A DNA stretch of 64,000 bases from Acidobacteriota bacterium (GCA_019244185.1 JAFATB010000025.1:352798-416797); one strand, 5' to 3'. Positions 48,293 through 60,361 are shown, counted from the first letter of the stretch. Notes: generated by a model from the letters alone, not told the origin. Translations and numbers: made by a program.

Positions 48293-49345
48293 ATGCGCCG
48301 CCTGCTCGTGCTGCTCCTTCCGCTGCTCGCCGCCGCGTCGATGCACGCGGCGGACTTCTCCGGGACGGACCTCTTCATCCCGGTCGCGGGCCGCGTGCCG
48401 GGACAGAACGGCACGTTCTGGCAGACGGACCTCAACATCACGAACGTCGAGGACAGCTCGGCGCACGTGATGGTGCTCTTCTTCGACGGCACGCCCGGCG
48501 GCCGCTCGTTCAACGTGACCATCAACGCGCACGGGACCCTCGTCATCAAGGACTTCGCGCGCGAGCGCTTCCAACTCGACAACGCCATGGGTCCCGTCGA
48601 AGTCCACTCGATCGCCCCGATCTCGCAGTTCCCCTCCGAACCCGTGCGCCTCCTCGCCAGCGCGTGGATCTACAACGCGCAGGGCGAGCACGCGCAGTTC
48701 GGTCAGGTCGTGCAGGGCGTGCCGACGGTCTCGCTGCCGATGAGCAGCGACGTCGCGGGCCTCATCGGCTCGGCCGAGCGCCGCGCGAACGCCGGCATCG
48801 CCAATCCGTTCTTCGTCACCGCATCGTTCACCGCGACGCTCTACGATGCGGACGGCGTCGCGCGAAAGACCATCGACGTCGACGTCGAGCCGCGGAACGT
48901 CCATCAGTTCAGCGTCTTCCCGGAATTTGGCGTCGAGCCGTTCGACGGCGCGACCGTGCACTTCGCGTCGCACAACGGTGTCCCCGTATACACGTACGGC
49001 TCGATCATCCAGAACGAGAATGGCGACCCGTCGTTCGTCATCGGCACCGGCACCGACACGCTGGCGACCGTCGTCACACCGCAGTGCGCCGATCCCGCGC
49101 CGCTGTGGCTGGCCGGCCAGCTGGCGCTTCCCGGCTGGTGGTTCACGCTCCGCGACGGCGCGGACGAGGAAGCGTTCAAGGCGCGCTACGGACTCGTCGA
49201 TCTGCAACCGTTCGCGGACCCCGGTTTCATGGCAACCGCGACGCCGTCGACGATCGCCACGATCCGCTGCGACAGTGACGTCGTCTCGATCGAGCAGTTC
49301 TCGGAGGGCACTCTCGTCTCCGGCGCGCGCCACGCGCATCGCTGA
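48293..49345 (+). CDS. Secreted hypothetical protein
   Basis: Signal peptide; IPVAGRVPGQNGTFWQTDL...RANAGIAN...YGSIIQNENGDP; small C-terminal Cys-flanked domain. Confidence 0.7.
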   Translation: MRRLLVLLLPLLAAASMHAADFSGTDLFIPVAGRVPGQNGTFWQTDLNITNVEDSSAHVMVLFFDGTPGGRSFNVTINAHGTLVIKDFARERFQLDNAMGPVEVHSIAPISQFPSEPVRLLASAWIYNAQGEHAQFGQVVQGVPTVSLPMSSDVAGLIGSAERRANAGIANPFFVTASFTATLYDADGVARKTIDVDVEPRNVHQFSVFPEFGVEPFDGATVHFASHNGVPVYTYGSIIQNENGDPSFVIGTGTDTLATVVTPQCADPAPLWLAGQLALPGWWFTLRDGADEEAFKARYGLVDLQPFADPGFMATATPSTIATIRCDSDVVSIEQFSEGTLVSGARHAHR

Positions 49346-49357
49346 TCGGCGCGCGGA

Positions 49358-50893
49358 TCACCGGGTCCCGCGCAATCGCGCCAGCGCCTTCTTCGCCGAT
49401 TCGCGCGACGGATCGAGTTGCAGCGCCTTCTCGTACATCGCGATCGCGTCCTCGTTCCTCCCGTTCGCGGCGAGCGCCTCGGCGTAGCTGTCGTACACGT
49501 TCGCATCGTCGGGGTGCAGCACGACGTTGATGCGGAACGGCTCGAGCGACTCGGCGGTGTAGCCGTTGTGCAGAAGGTCGTAGCCGAGGCGGTTCAGGCC
49601 GCGCTGGGTTCCGGTGAAGTGCGCCGTGTCCGCGCGCATCTCGTTGTAGCGGATCAGCGCGACGTTCGCACCGCGTTCGAGCAGCAGGCGCCCGTACTCG
49701 CGCGTCAGCGAGACGCGGCGGTCGACGTCGAGCGGCGGTCGACCGGTCAACACGTTGACGATCGAGGCGAACTTCGGATCGAAGTCCTCGCCGTCCTCGT
49801 TGTCGAAGGCGACGACGGTCTGCCGCTTCGCGCGGTCGATGTAGAGCATGGTGGCGATGCCGCGGTTGTAGCCCGAATGGCCGATGAGCTTCCCGCGCTC
49901 CGCGTCATCGCAGACGTCCCAGCCGAGGCCGTAGGAACAACGCGTGTTGTAGGGATCGTACGGCTCGTTGCGGATCGTGCCGTCGGTGAAGCGCACCGCG
50001 GTCGTCGCTTCCGCGAGCGTCGCCGGCCGCAACACCTTCCCTTGCTGCAGCGCCTCGGCGAAGCGGAAGAGATCGGGCAGCGTGGTGATGACGTTCTGAT
50101 CGCCGAGCGTCGCGCCGAGGTTGTACGTCTCGTAGCGGATGTGCCGCATCGTCACGGGATCTTTCAGGTGCACCGTCGTCACGTCGACCGGCAGCGTGTC
50201 GTACACCGCCGGCAGGACGTGGTTCTTCACGACGCGTGGATCGGGCGGCGTGTCCCGCGTGCGCACGTACGTGTCGCGCATCCCCGCGGGCGCGAACACG
50301 CGGCGCTCGAGATAGCGGGCGAACGGCATGCCGCTGGCCTGCTCGACGATCAGCGCGAGAACGACGTAGTTCGTGTTGCAGTAGCGGAACTGCGAGCCCG
50401 GCGTAAACGCGAGCCCCTGCTTCCACTCGGCGAGCGCCGGCAGCACGTCGGCGTTGGCAATCACGCGATCGGGCTCGCGCGCGACGAGCGGCTCGTACAG
50501 CTCGAGGTCCGGCAGCCCCGACGTATGCGACAACAGATGCCGGATGGTGATCGCCGGAAACGGAAACGCGCGCAGGTGCGCGACCACCGGATCGTCGAGC
50601 CGCAGCCGCTTCGCATCGGCGAGTTGCAAGATCGCGGTCGAGGTGAAGACTTTCGACAGCGACGCCGTCTGGAAGCGCGCGTCGACGGTGTTCGGCGCGC
50701 GCATGGCCCGGTCGGCGAAGCCGAAGGCGCGCGCGTACACGACCCGGCCATTCTCCCCCGCGAGCACGGCGCCGTTGAGATACGGCGTCCCGGGGGCGTC
50801 GAAGAGCGCGTCGAGCCGCGCCGCGGCGGGCGTCGGCGGCGGCGGAACGGCAGCAGCGGCGGCGAGTGCGAAGGCGGCGAGCAGCGCGAGCAT
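49358..50893 (-). CDS. Serine hydrolase (class C beta-lactamase-like) with C-terminal TPR
   Basis: SLSK (SxxK), LLSHTSG, YCN, HSG; TPR NVYDSYAEAL...YEKALQLDP. Confidence 0.9.
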   Translation of the reverse strand: MLALLAAFALAAAAAVPPPPTPAAARLDALFDAPGTPYLNGAVLAGENGRVVYARAFGFADRAMRAPNTVDARFQTASLSKVFTSTAILQLADAKRLRLDDPVVAHLRAFPFPAITIRHLLSHTSGLPDLELYEPLVAREPDRVIANADVLPALAEWKQGLAFTPGSQFRYCNTNYVVLALIVEQASGMPFARYLERRVFAPAGMRDTYVRTRDTPPDPRVVKNHVLPAVYDTLPVDVTTVHLKDPVTMRHIRYETYNLGATLGDQNVITTLPDLFRFAEALQQGKVLRPATLAEATTAVRFTDGTIRNEPYDPYNTRCSYGLGWDVCDDAERGKLIGHSGYNRGIATMLYIDRAKRQTVVAFDNEDGEDFDPKFASIVNVLTGRPPLDVDRRVSLTREYGRLLLERGANVALIRYNEMRADTAHFTGTQRGLNRLGYDLLHNGYTAESLEPFRINVVLHPDDANVYDSYAEALAANGRNEDAIAMYEKALQLDPSRESAKKALARLRGTR

Positions 50894-50956
50894 CCGCGTA
50901 TTGCAGCACATCGCGGCGCGCGTGTGTCTCGAACGCGCGATTCGCCGTGACTGACG

Positions 50957-52906
<1,950 letters not shown>

Positions 52907-52958
52907 TCAGGATTTCCGGTCGCGCGCGGCAGCGTCCTCGGAGTAACGTCCGCCCTCC

Positions 52959-53855
52959 ATGCTGTTCCGCGACGCGGCGTCCGCTTTCGTTCGACACTGC
53001 GCATCGATCCGCAAGCTCTCGCCGCACACCGTGCGCGCGTACGAGCTCGACCTGGCCCGCTTCTCCCAATTCCTCGGCCGCCGCGCCACCGTCGCGGCCT
53101 GCGACCGCAACGTGCTCCACGACTACGTCCGCCATCTCTTCGACGTGCGCGCGCTCAAGGAGTCGTCCGTCAAGCGCCACCTCGCCACGCTCCGCTCGCT
53201 CTTTCACTGGCTCGAGGAAGACGCCGCGATCGACGACCCGTTCCGCGGCACGCGCATCCGCATCCGCATGCCGAAACGCCTCCCGCGCGTCATCGCCCGC
53301 GCCGATCTGCGGCGCCTGCTGCGCCACGAATCACCGCGTACGGCCTTCAGCGATCTCACCGCGTACGTCGCCACCGAGCTCCTCTTCGCCACCGGCATGC
53401 GCGTCAGCGAGCTCGCGTCGCTGCAGGACCGTGCCGTCGATCTCGACGACGGCACGATCACCATCGTCGGCAAGGGCAACCGCCAGCGGCGCGTGTTCAT
53501 CCCCGACGACATCAAGTCGCTGCTGCGCGACTACCGCACCGCGCGCGACCGCTGCGCGGCGGCCGAGACGTTTCTCGTCAACTCGCGCGGCGCCGCGGCC
53601 TCGCCGCAGATGATCCGCCGCCTCGTGCGCATCCACGGCGAACGCGCCGACGTGCGCGACCGCATCACGCCGCACATGTTCCGCCACTCCGTCGCCACCT
53701 ACCTCCTCGAGGAAGGCGTCGACATCCGCTACGTCCAGCGCCTCCTCGGCCACCGCAGCATCTCCACGACCGAGATCTACACGCAGGTCGCCGACTCCGC
53801 GCTGAAGGTGCGCATCACCGAGAAGCACCCGCGCCGCACGATCGTCGCGGTCTGA
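52959..53855 (+). CDS. XerC/XerD-like tyrosine recombinase
   Basis: TVRAYxxDL, TGMRVSEL, GKG, HMFRH, LGH...TTEIYT; full R-K-H-R-H-Y set. Confidence 0.9.
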   Translation: MLFRDAASAFVRHCASIRKLSPHTVRAYELDLARFSQFLGRRATVAACDRNVLHDYVRHLFDVRALKESSVKRHLATLRSLFHWLEEDAAIDDPFRGTRIRIRMPKRLPRVIARADLRRLLRHESPRTAFSDLTAYVATELLFATGMRVSELASLQDRAVDLDDGTITIVGKGNRQRRVFIPDDIKSLLRDYRTARDRCAAAETFLVNSRGAAASPQMIRRLVRIHGERADVRDRITPHMFRHSVATYLLEEGVDIRYVQRLLGHRSISTTEIYTQVADSALKVRITEKHPRRTIVAV

Positions 53856-53880
53856 TCGCCCACGAACTTACAATCGGCGC

Positions 53881-55572
53881 ATGAAGCGGATGCTGCCGGT
53901 CGTCCTCTGCCTCGCCGCACTCCCCTCGCTCGCCGCCGCGAAACCATCAGCGAAACCGTTCACCGTCGTCGAGGCGTCGATCCCCGAGATGCAGGAAGCG
54001 CTGCGCACGGGCCGCACGACGTCGCACGAGCTCGTGCTGCAGTACCTCACCCGCATCGCCACGTACGAGGACAAGCTGCACGCGGCGATCACCGTCAATC
54101 CGCATGCGCTCGAGGAAGCGGACGCGCTCGACCGCGAGCGCAAAGCCGGCCACGTCCGCGGTCCGCTGCACGGCATCCCGATCGCGCTCAAGGACAACAT
54201 CCACACGACGAACCTGCCGACGACCGGCGGCGCGCTCGCGTTTGAAGGCATGATCCCGCCGTACGAGGCCACGCTGACGAAACACCTCCGCGACGCCGGC
54301 GCGATCATCCTCGCGAAGACGCAGCTCACCGAGCTCGCGAACTGGGTGGCCGGCAATCCGTCCATGCCGAACAACTACAACGCGCTGAACGGCTTCGGCT
54401 TCAATCCGTACGATCCGCGCCGCGATCCGCGCGAAGCGACCGCCGACGGCCGCCCCGCGCTCAACACCGGCGGCTCGAGCTCCGGCGCCGGCACCGCCGC
54501 GAATTTCTGGGCCGCGAACGTCGGCACCGAGACCTCCGGCTCGATCCTCAGCCCGTCCAACGCGAACATGCTCGCCGCCGTGAAACCGACCGTCGGCCGC
54601 ATCTCGCGCTACGGCGTCATCCCCATCACCGCCGATCAGGACACCCCCGGCCCCATGGCGAAGTCGGTCACCGACGCCGCGATCCTCCTCGGCATCCTCG
54701 AAGGCGATCCCGATCCGAACGATCCCGCCACCACGCGCTGCACCCCGCCGCCCAACCACGACTACACGCCGTTCCTCAAACGCGACGGCCTCCGCGGCGC
54801 ACGCATCGGCATCCCCCGCGCCTTCTACTACGAGAAGCTCACACTCCCCGGCGAAGAGAAGCCGCGCGGCGGCCTCAATGCCGACCAGGCAAAAGTGATG
54901 TCTGACGCGATCGCCATCCTCAAAGAACAAGGCGCGATCGTCGTCGATCCCGCCGACATCCCATCCATCACCGACAAGGATCCGAAGAACAACTATCTGC
55001 TCTGGGGCGTCTGCTCATCGATGGAAGAGGTGAAGGAGCGCAAGTGCTCCATCGATCTCGCCTACGGCATTGAGCGCGACTTCAATCACTGGCTCGCCTC
55101 CCTCGGCGACAAGGCACCGGTCAAGACGTTGACCGCTTTGCGCGAGTGGAACACCGCCCACCAGAAGCTCGGCGCGATCAAGTACGGTCAATCGCTTCTC
55201 GATATCTCCGACGCCATGGACCTCGAGCTCTTCCGCACCCGCTACGAGTCCGACCGCGCCAACGATCTCCGCCTCGCCGCGACGCACGGCCTCGACGAGG
55301 TCATGAACGCCCAACACCTCGACGCCGTCCTCTTTCCCGGCTCGTTCGGCGCATCCATCGCCGCCCGCCCCGGCTACCCCACCGTGATCGTCCCCTTCGC
55401 CACCGTCCCCAACACCCCCACCCCCGCCTTCCCCGAATCGTTCCACGCCAATCCCGTCCCCTTCGGCATCAGCTTCACCGCCCTCGCCTGCAGCGAGCCC
55501 ACGCTCCTCCGCCTCGCCTACGCCTTCGAACAGTCCACGCATCGGCGTGTCGCTCCTGCAGGGGTCCCGTAG
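53881..55572 (+). CDS. Amidase signature family protein, secreted
   Basis: LHGIPIALKDN, GGSSSG, GTETSGSILSPS. Confidence 0.92.
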   Translation: MKRMLPVVLCLAALPSLAAAKPSAKPFTVVEASIPEMQEALRTGRTTSHELVLQYLTRIATYEDKLHAAITVNPHALEEADALDRERKAGHVRGPLHGIPIALKDNIHTTNLPTTGGALAFEGMIPPYEATLTKHLRDAGAIILAKTQLTELANWVAGNPSMPNNYNALNGFGFNPYDPRRDPREATADGRPALNTGGSSSGAGTAANFWAANVGTETSGSILSPSNANMLAAVKPTVGRISRYGVIPITADQDTPGPMAKSVTDAAILLGILEGDPDPNDPATTRCTPPPNHDYTPFLKRDGLRGARIGIPRAFYYEKLTLPGEEKPRGGLNADQAKVMSDAIAILKEQGAIVVDPADIPSITDKDPKNNYLLWGVCSSMEEVKERKCSIDLAYGIERDFNHWLASLGDKAPVKTLTALREWNTAHQKLGAIKYGQSLLDISDAMDLELFRTRYESDRANDLRLAATHGLDEVMNAQHLDAVLFPGSFGASIAARPGYPTVIVPFATVPNTPTPAFPESFHANPVPFGISFTALACSEPTLLRLAYAFEQSTHRRVAPAGVP

Positions 55573-55752
55573 GGATACGACGAGGAGCGCCTCCGGCGGG
55601 CCGGCGCGGCCGGCGGCGCTGAGGGCCTAGCCTAGACGCACGTGCGGTCGCGCTGATCGTGTTGACGGCAGCCGCACGTGCGTACTGGCTAGGCCCTCAG
55701 CGCCGCCGGCCGCGCCGGCCCGCCGGAGGCGCTCCCGGTCGGTATCCCTACG
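55568..55752. repeat. REPIN-like inverted doublet with GTAG termini supplying both stop codons
   Basis: CGTAGGGATAC (55568-55578) pairs with GTATCCCTACG (55742-55752); arms of about 75 bp around a short spacer. Confidence 0.88.
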
Positions 55753-56557
55753 AAACCCTGCCGGAGTACACGTTGAAGCGGCCGTCGCGGACGAAGGCGA
55801 GGAGGGTTACGTTCATTTGTTGCGCTAGGTCGATGGCGAGGGAGGATGGGGCGCCGACGAAGGCGATGGTGGAGATTTGGGCGACGACCGCTTTTTGCAC
55901 CAGCTCGAAGCTGGCGCGGCTGCTCGAGATCAGGATCGTGTTCGGCGGGGGTAAGTGCTGTTCGCGGATGTAGGCGCCGATGAGTTTGTCGACGGCGTTG
56001 TGGCGTCCGATGTCCTCGCGGACGCGCAGGAGCTCGCCGCGGTGATCGACGAGGCCGGCGCCGTGCACGCCGCCGGTGGCGGGGAATGCGAGTTGGGCTT
56101 CGCGGAGGATGCGCGGCAGCACGCGGATGATGGAGGTGGGGGCGGGAGGTCGGTCGGGGAGCGGCGCGTGGGCGACGCGGATCGCATCGATGGAGGTCTT
56201 CCCGCAGACGCCGCAGCTCGACGTCGTGTAGAAGTGGCGTTCGAGTTTCGACGTATCGATGCGCGTGGAGGGGGTGAGCGCGACGCGCACGCGGTTCGGT
56301 GAGCCCCAGTGGCGGATGCTCTCGATCGCGTCGCCGGAGGCGATCAGGCCTTCCGTGAAGAGAAAGCCGGCGGCGAGATCGTAGTCGTCGCCGCGCGTGC
56401 GCATCGTCACCGAGATCGTCTTCTCGCGGAGCTCGCCGTCGAGCGTCCACGCGGCGGAGATCTCCAGCGGCTCCTCGATCACGACCACGTCCTCGGAGGC
56501 GTCGCGCGTCTCCGCGATGCGCGTCACCGGAACCGCGACCATCCGTTCTTCAGCCAT
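55748..56557 (-). CDS. fdhD: Formate dehydrogenase accessory sulfurtransferase
   Basis: EEPLEI, GFLFTEG, SSCGVCG, TGGVHGA, EDIGRHNAVDK. Confidence 0.93.
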   Translation of the reverse strand: MAEERMVAVPVTRIAETRDASEDVVVIEEPLEISAAWTLDGELREKTISVTMRTRGDDYDLAAGFLFTEGLIASGDAIESIRHWGSPNRVRVALTPSTRIDTSKLERHFYTTSSCGVCGKTSIDAIRVAHAPLPDRPPAPTSIIRVLPRILREAQLAFPATGGVHGAGLVDHRGELLRVREDIGRHNAVDKLIGAYIREQHLPPPNTILISSSRASFELVQKAVVAQISTIAFVGAPSSLAIDLAQQMNVTLLAFVRDGRFNVYSGRVS

Positions 56558-56598
56558 GCCGGACGGATGGTACAACGCAACGCCATATTAATAGTTAT

Positions 56599-56615
56599 TT
56601 GGCATAACTTCCGCT
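56599..56615 (+). promoter_or_regulatory. Possible sigma-54 promoter in an AT-rich patch upstream of the GH18 gene
   Basis: TTGGCATAACTTCCGCT (GG-N10-GC; imperfect -12 element); AAGGAG RBS at 56651. Confidence 0.35.
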
Positions 56616-56665
56616 CTTTCGGACGGTGCTGCACCACTGCACGACAATCGAAGGAGACCCGTTCC

Positions 56666-57967
56666 ATGAAACGCCTCGCACTTGCGCTCGCGCTGCTGTT
56701 TTCGGCCACGGCCGCGCGCGCCAACGACTACCGCATCACCATGTGGCTGCGCATCTACTGGGACAACCCGAACAGCGTGTCCGACTTCAACACCAACAAC
56801 CAGGGCGTCGCCCATGAAGTGAACCCGATGTGGGTCTACTTCACCACGCACACCGGCGCGAACGGCCAGGTCGTGGATCTCACCGACGTCCACGAGTCGC
56901 AGGACGTGCCCACGCTCTCCGGCGCGGCGCTCGTCCCCACCGTCAAGAACCACAACGACCAGACCAACCCCTACACCGACTCGCAGTACCTCGGCTTCAT
57001 CTTCCGCAGCGAAGCCGACATGAACGATCACGCCGACAAGATCGCCGCGATGGTCAACAACAACGGCTGGGCCGGCATCGACCTCGACTACGAGGGCGGC
57101 CTCACCGGCGTCTCCGACACCGACATCCCGAAGTGGCGCGACAACTTCACCTCGCTCGTGCGCCGCATCAAGTCGCGGCTGCCGAACAAGATCGTCTCCG
57201 TCTGCGTCTACCGCCGCCGCAGCCTCGCCGGCGACACCGACGCGCGCAACGCGCTGCTCTACGACTACAAGGCCCTCACCGCCTCCGGCGCGGCCGACTA
57301 CATCAAGATCATGATGTACAACGACCTCGACATCGGCGAGCTCGTGAACGACAGCGCCATGGAGACCGCGCTCACCTTCGCCGACGGCCAGGTCGTCGAT
57401 CACAAGAAGATCATGGTCGCGCTACCGTGGTACGCCGGTAACACCGACACCGAGGATGAGGGATCGTCCGAACCGAACGCCACGGGCCTCGGGCGCAGCA
57501 CCAGCGACGAGCAGACCTTCACCTCGCCATACAACGGCGTGCAGATCGACGCGCAGGCGCTGCAGCACAAGATCCTCGTCGTCCTCCGCAAGCATGACGT
57601 CGGCGGCTTCTCGTTCTACGAGCCGGGCGAAGAGCTCGTCGGAGTCTGGGATGTCATCCGCGGCCGCCTCGGCAAGGAAGGCGGCGTGGCCGTCGCCGGC
57701 ACGAGCACCGGCAGCGGCGGCTGCGCGGGCAACGGCATCGTCTCGACGTGGACGCCGCCGACGAGCGCGACGTCCGTGCAGTACAACTGGTTCGAGACGC
57801 AGTACACCGCCACGACCGGTACGGCCATCCTGCCGAACTGGGTCGCCAGCGGCTCGACCGCCTCGCCGTCGCTGCCGCGCGCGTTCAACACCCTACGCGT
57901 CAGCGGCCTCTCCGGCTCGAAGGTCTTCGAACTCGAAGCCGATCCGGTGCGCAACGGCTGTCCGTAA
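56666..57967 (+). CDS. Secreted GH18-like glycoside hydrolase with C-terminal accessory domain
   Basis: Signal peptide; GWAGIDLDYE, YDYKAL, IMMY, ALPWYA; Gly/Ser linker, then a beta-rich Cys-flanked domain. Confidence 0.72.
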   Translation: MKRLALALALLFSATAARANDYRITMWLRIYWDNPNSVSDFNTNNQGVAHEVNPMWVYFTTHTGANGQVVDLTDVHESQDVPTLSGAALVPTVKNHNDQTNPYTDSQYLGFIFRSEADMNDHADKIAAMVNNNGWAGIDLDYEGGLTGVSDTDIPKWRDNFTSLVRRIKSRLPNKIVSVCVYRRRSLAGDTDARNALLYDYKALTASGAADYIKIMMYNDLDIGELVNDSAMETALTFADGQVVDHKKIMVALPWYAGNTDTEDEGSSEPNATGLGRSTSDEQTFTSPYNGVQIDAQALQHKILVVLRKHDVGGFSFYEPGEELVGVWDVIRGRLGKEGGVAVAGTSTGSGGCAGNGIVSTWTPPTSATSVQYNWFETQYTATTGTAILPNWVASGSTASPSLPRAFNTLRVSGLSGSKVFELEADPVRNGCP

Positions 57968-58026
57968 TCGCGAATCACGGGAACGGCGCCGCCGCGCAGG
58001 CGAGCGGCGCCGTTTACAATCGCGCC

Positions 58027-58341
58027 ATGGCGATGGCATTGCGCGAGCTGCTCGAACAGGTGACCGACGAACCGTCCTTCAACCGCTTCCTCACCGCGCT
58101 GCGCGAGGACTGCGAGAGCGAGGAACGGTGCGGCGGGCGCTACTGGGACTGCGTCCAGCAGGATCATTGGGAGACGAAGGTCACGTCGGCGTTCCTTCGC
58201 TCGATGGAAGACTGGGCCACGCGCGGCGACTTCGCGGAAGGCGAACATCACGGCGAGCCGCTCCTGCGCCGCTTCGCGACGATGCTGTACGTCGGCCGCA
58301 GCCTCCTCCCGCACGAGCGGCCGTACGACCAGTCGCGGTAA
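58027..58341 (+). CDS. Small helical hypothetical protein (104 aa)
   Basis: Good codon bias; TACAAT 6 nt upstream; SFNRFLTAL...WE...AFL..M..W pattern. Confidence 0.65.
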   Translation: MAMALRELLEQVTDEPSFNRFLTALREDCESEERCGGRYWDCVQQDHWETKVTSAFLRSMEDWATRGDFAEGEHHGEPLLRRFATMLYVGRSLLPHERPYDQSR

Positions 58342-58390
58342 GCGTCGCGCGGGCGTGCTTCACGCAAGACATGCGTGAGGCGGGCGCCGC

Positions 58391-59851
58391 ATGGACGACA
58401 CGCATGCATTGATGTTCTCGGAGTTCACGAATCAGCCGCCGCCGCTGGCGCAGCGCTGGTTCGCGGCGCCCGCGCCGTATCTCCGCGCGCGCTGGCTCTG
58501 GCTTCGCGCCCTCGGCCTCGTCTTCTTCTCCGCGTTCTACGCCCTCTGGTTTCAGATCCACGGCCTCATCGGTCCGAACGGCATCCTCCCCGCGGGCGAG
58601 TACCTCGTCTACGCGAAGCAGGCCGTCGGCGCGAAAGCGTACTGGCTCGTGCCGTCGCTGCTGTGGTTCAGCGCCAGCCGCGGGATGCTCACCGCGATCG
58701 TCGTCGCCGGACTCGCGGCCTCGCTCGCGCTCGTTTTCGATCTCTGGCCGCGGCTCGCAATCGCCGTTGCCGGCATCTGCTTTCTCTCGTTCGTCGCAGC
58801 GGCGCAGGACTTCTCCGCCTATCAGTCGGACGGGATGCTGCTCGAGGCCGCGGCGTTCTCGCTCTTCCTCGCGCCTCGCGGCCTGCGTCCTGGGCTCGGC
58901 GCGCACGATCCGCCGACGCGCGCGGCCGTCTTTCTCCTGCAATGGGAGTGGTTCCGCATCTACTTCGAGTCGGGACTCGTGAAGATCCTCAGCGGCGAGG
59001 AGCAGTGGCGCAACCTCACCGCGATGGACAAGTACTACGAGAACGGGCCGCTGCCGACGTGGCTCGGCTGGTACGTGCAGCAGTGGCCGCACGCGTTTCA
59101 CGCCGCGTCCGCCGCCGCGACGCTGCTCATCGAGCTCTTCGTCGTCTGGCTGCTGTTCGTCCCCTCCCGGCGCGCGCGACTCGTGGCCTTCGCGATCACG
59201 ACGCCGCTGCAGCTCGGCATCATCCTCACCGCGAACTACGCCTTCCTCAACTACCTCGTCCTCGCGCTCGGCATCCTGCTCCTCGAAGACCGCGTCGCTC
59301 CGACGGAACCCGCGACGCCGCGCGTGCGGCACGTGCAGGTCGTCGCATTGCCGCTCGGCGTCGCGCTGTCGATCCTCATGTTCCTCAGCCCCGGCTCCGC
59401 GCCCGCGCGGCTCGTCGAACCATCGCGCGTCATCAACAACTACGGCCTCTTCGCCGTGATGACCCGCGCGCGCTACGAGGTCGAGTTTCAAGGCACGCGC
59501 GATGGCAAGACGTGGATCGCGTATCCCTTCCGCGACAAGCCGCAGGACCCGCGGCGCGCGCCGGGCCTCTTCGCGCCGTATCAGCCGCGCTTCGACTGGA
59601 ACCTCTGGTTCGCGTCGCTCGGCTCGTTCTCCGAGAATCCGTGGGTCGTCGCCGTCGAACAGCGGCTGCTCGCGAATGACGCCGACGTCCTCACGCTCTT
59701 CGCCGGCAATCCGTTCGCGTCCGCGCCGCCGCGTTCCGTGCGCGCGGTGGTCTGGCAATACTGGTTCACGACTCCGGCCGAACGCGCGCGCACCGGCGCG
59801 TGGTGGAACCGCCGGCTCCTCGGCGATTACGCGCCTTCGGTCTCGCGCTGA
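58391..59851 (+). CDS. Lipase maturation factor (LMF1) family membrane protein
   Basis: QIHGLIGPNGILP, QSDGMLLEA, FESGLVK, PLPT, TANYAFLNYL, NNYGLFAVMT, APYQPRFDWNLWFA. Start may be 58412. Confidence 0.9.
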   Translation: MDDTHALMFSEFTNQPPPLAQRWFAAPAPYLRARWLWLRALGLVFFSAFYALWFQIHGLIGPNGILPAGEYLVYAKQAVGAKAYWLVPSLLWFSASRGMLTAIVVAGLAASLALVFDLWPRLAIAVAGICFLSFVAAAQDFSAYQSDGMLLEAAAFSLFLAPRGLRPGLGAHDPPTRAAVFLLQWEWFRIYFESGLVKILSGEEQWRNLTAMDKYYENGPLPTWLGWYVQQWPHAFHAASAAATLLIELFVVWLLFVPSRRARLVAFAITTPLQLGIILTANYAFLNYLVLALGILLLEDRVAPTEPATPRVRHVQVVALPLGVALSILMFLSPGSAPARLVEPSRVINNYGLFAVMTRARYEVEFQGTRDGKTWIAYPFRDKPQDPRRAPGLFAPYQPRFDWNLWFASLGSFSENPWVVAVEQRLLANDADVLTLFAGNPFASAPPRSVRAVVWQYWFTTPAERARTGAWWNRRLLGDYAPSVSR

Positions 59852-59875
59852 TCGCTCGCTATACTGCCGCGCATC

Positions 59876-60361
59876 ATGCAGCGCCCTTTCGTCCTCGCAG
59901 TCGTGGCCCTCGCACTCGTCGCCCTCTCGCTCGCCTGCGCGTCGACGCCGGCCGCGACGCCCGCGGCACCATCGGCCGATCTCGATATCACGTCGACCGT
60001 CCTCGCCACGTACAACGTCATGTCCGGGCCGGCGGGACGCCGCGACTGGGATCGTTATCAGGATCTCTTCGCGCCGGGCGCGCACATCATCGCCGTGAAG
60101 CCGGACGGCCGCGACGTCGTGACGCCCGAGGAGTTCGTGACGAAGTGGAAACCGTACTACGAGCAGAATGCGCTGTTCGAGCATCCGGTCGCGACGCAGG
60201 TGCAGCGCGCGGGGAACGTCGCGCAGGTGCTGAGCACGTTCGAGTCGCGGCACGCGTCGACGGATGACGCGCCGTACGCGCGCGGCGTGCAGTCGTTCCA
60301 GCTCGTGCATCAGGGCGACCGCTGGCTGATCGTCTCGATCGTGCGCGAAGTCGCCCCGTGA
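59876..60361 (+). CDS. NTF2-like fold lipoprotein
   Basis: SLAC lipobox; SGPAGRRDWDR..LF, GNVAQV, RGVQSFQL...RWLIVS. Confidence 0.75.
   Translation: MQRPFVLAVVALALVALSLACASTPAATPAAPSADLDITSTVLATYNVMSGPAGRRDWDRYQDLFAPGAHIIAVKPDGRDVVTPEEFVTKWKPYYEQNALFEHPVATQVQRAGNVAQVLSTFESRHASTDDAPYARGVQSFQLVHQGDRWLIVSIVREVAP

Noticed and set aside
49358-50893. Antibiotic-resistance beta-lactamase
   Set aside because: Generic serine hydrolase-TPR architecture; the motifs do not establish beta-lactam hydrolysis.
52959-53855. Tyrosine recombinase as an integron integrase or prophage integrase
   Set aside because: No IntI-specific insertion, attC sites, adjacent tRNA or phage genes seen; size and motifs fit the Xer type.
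55748-56557. fdhD as part of the xoxF C1-oxidation pathway
   Set aside because: About 20 kb away, with no formate dehydrogenase structural genes in the window; linkage cannot be supported.
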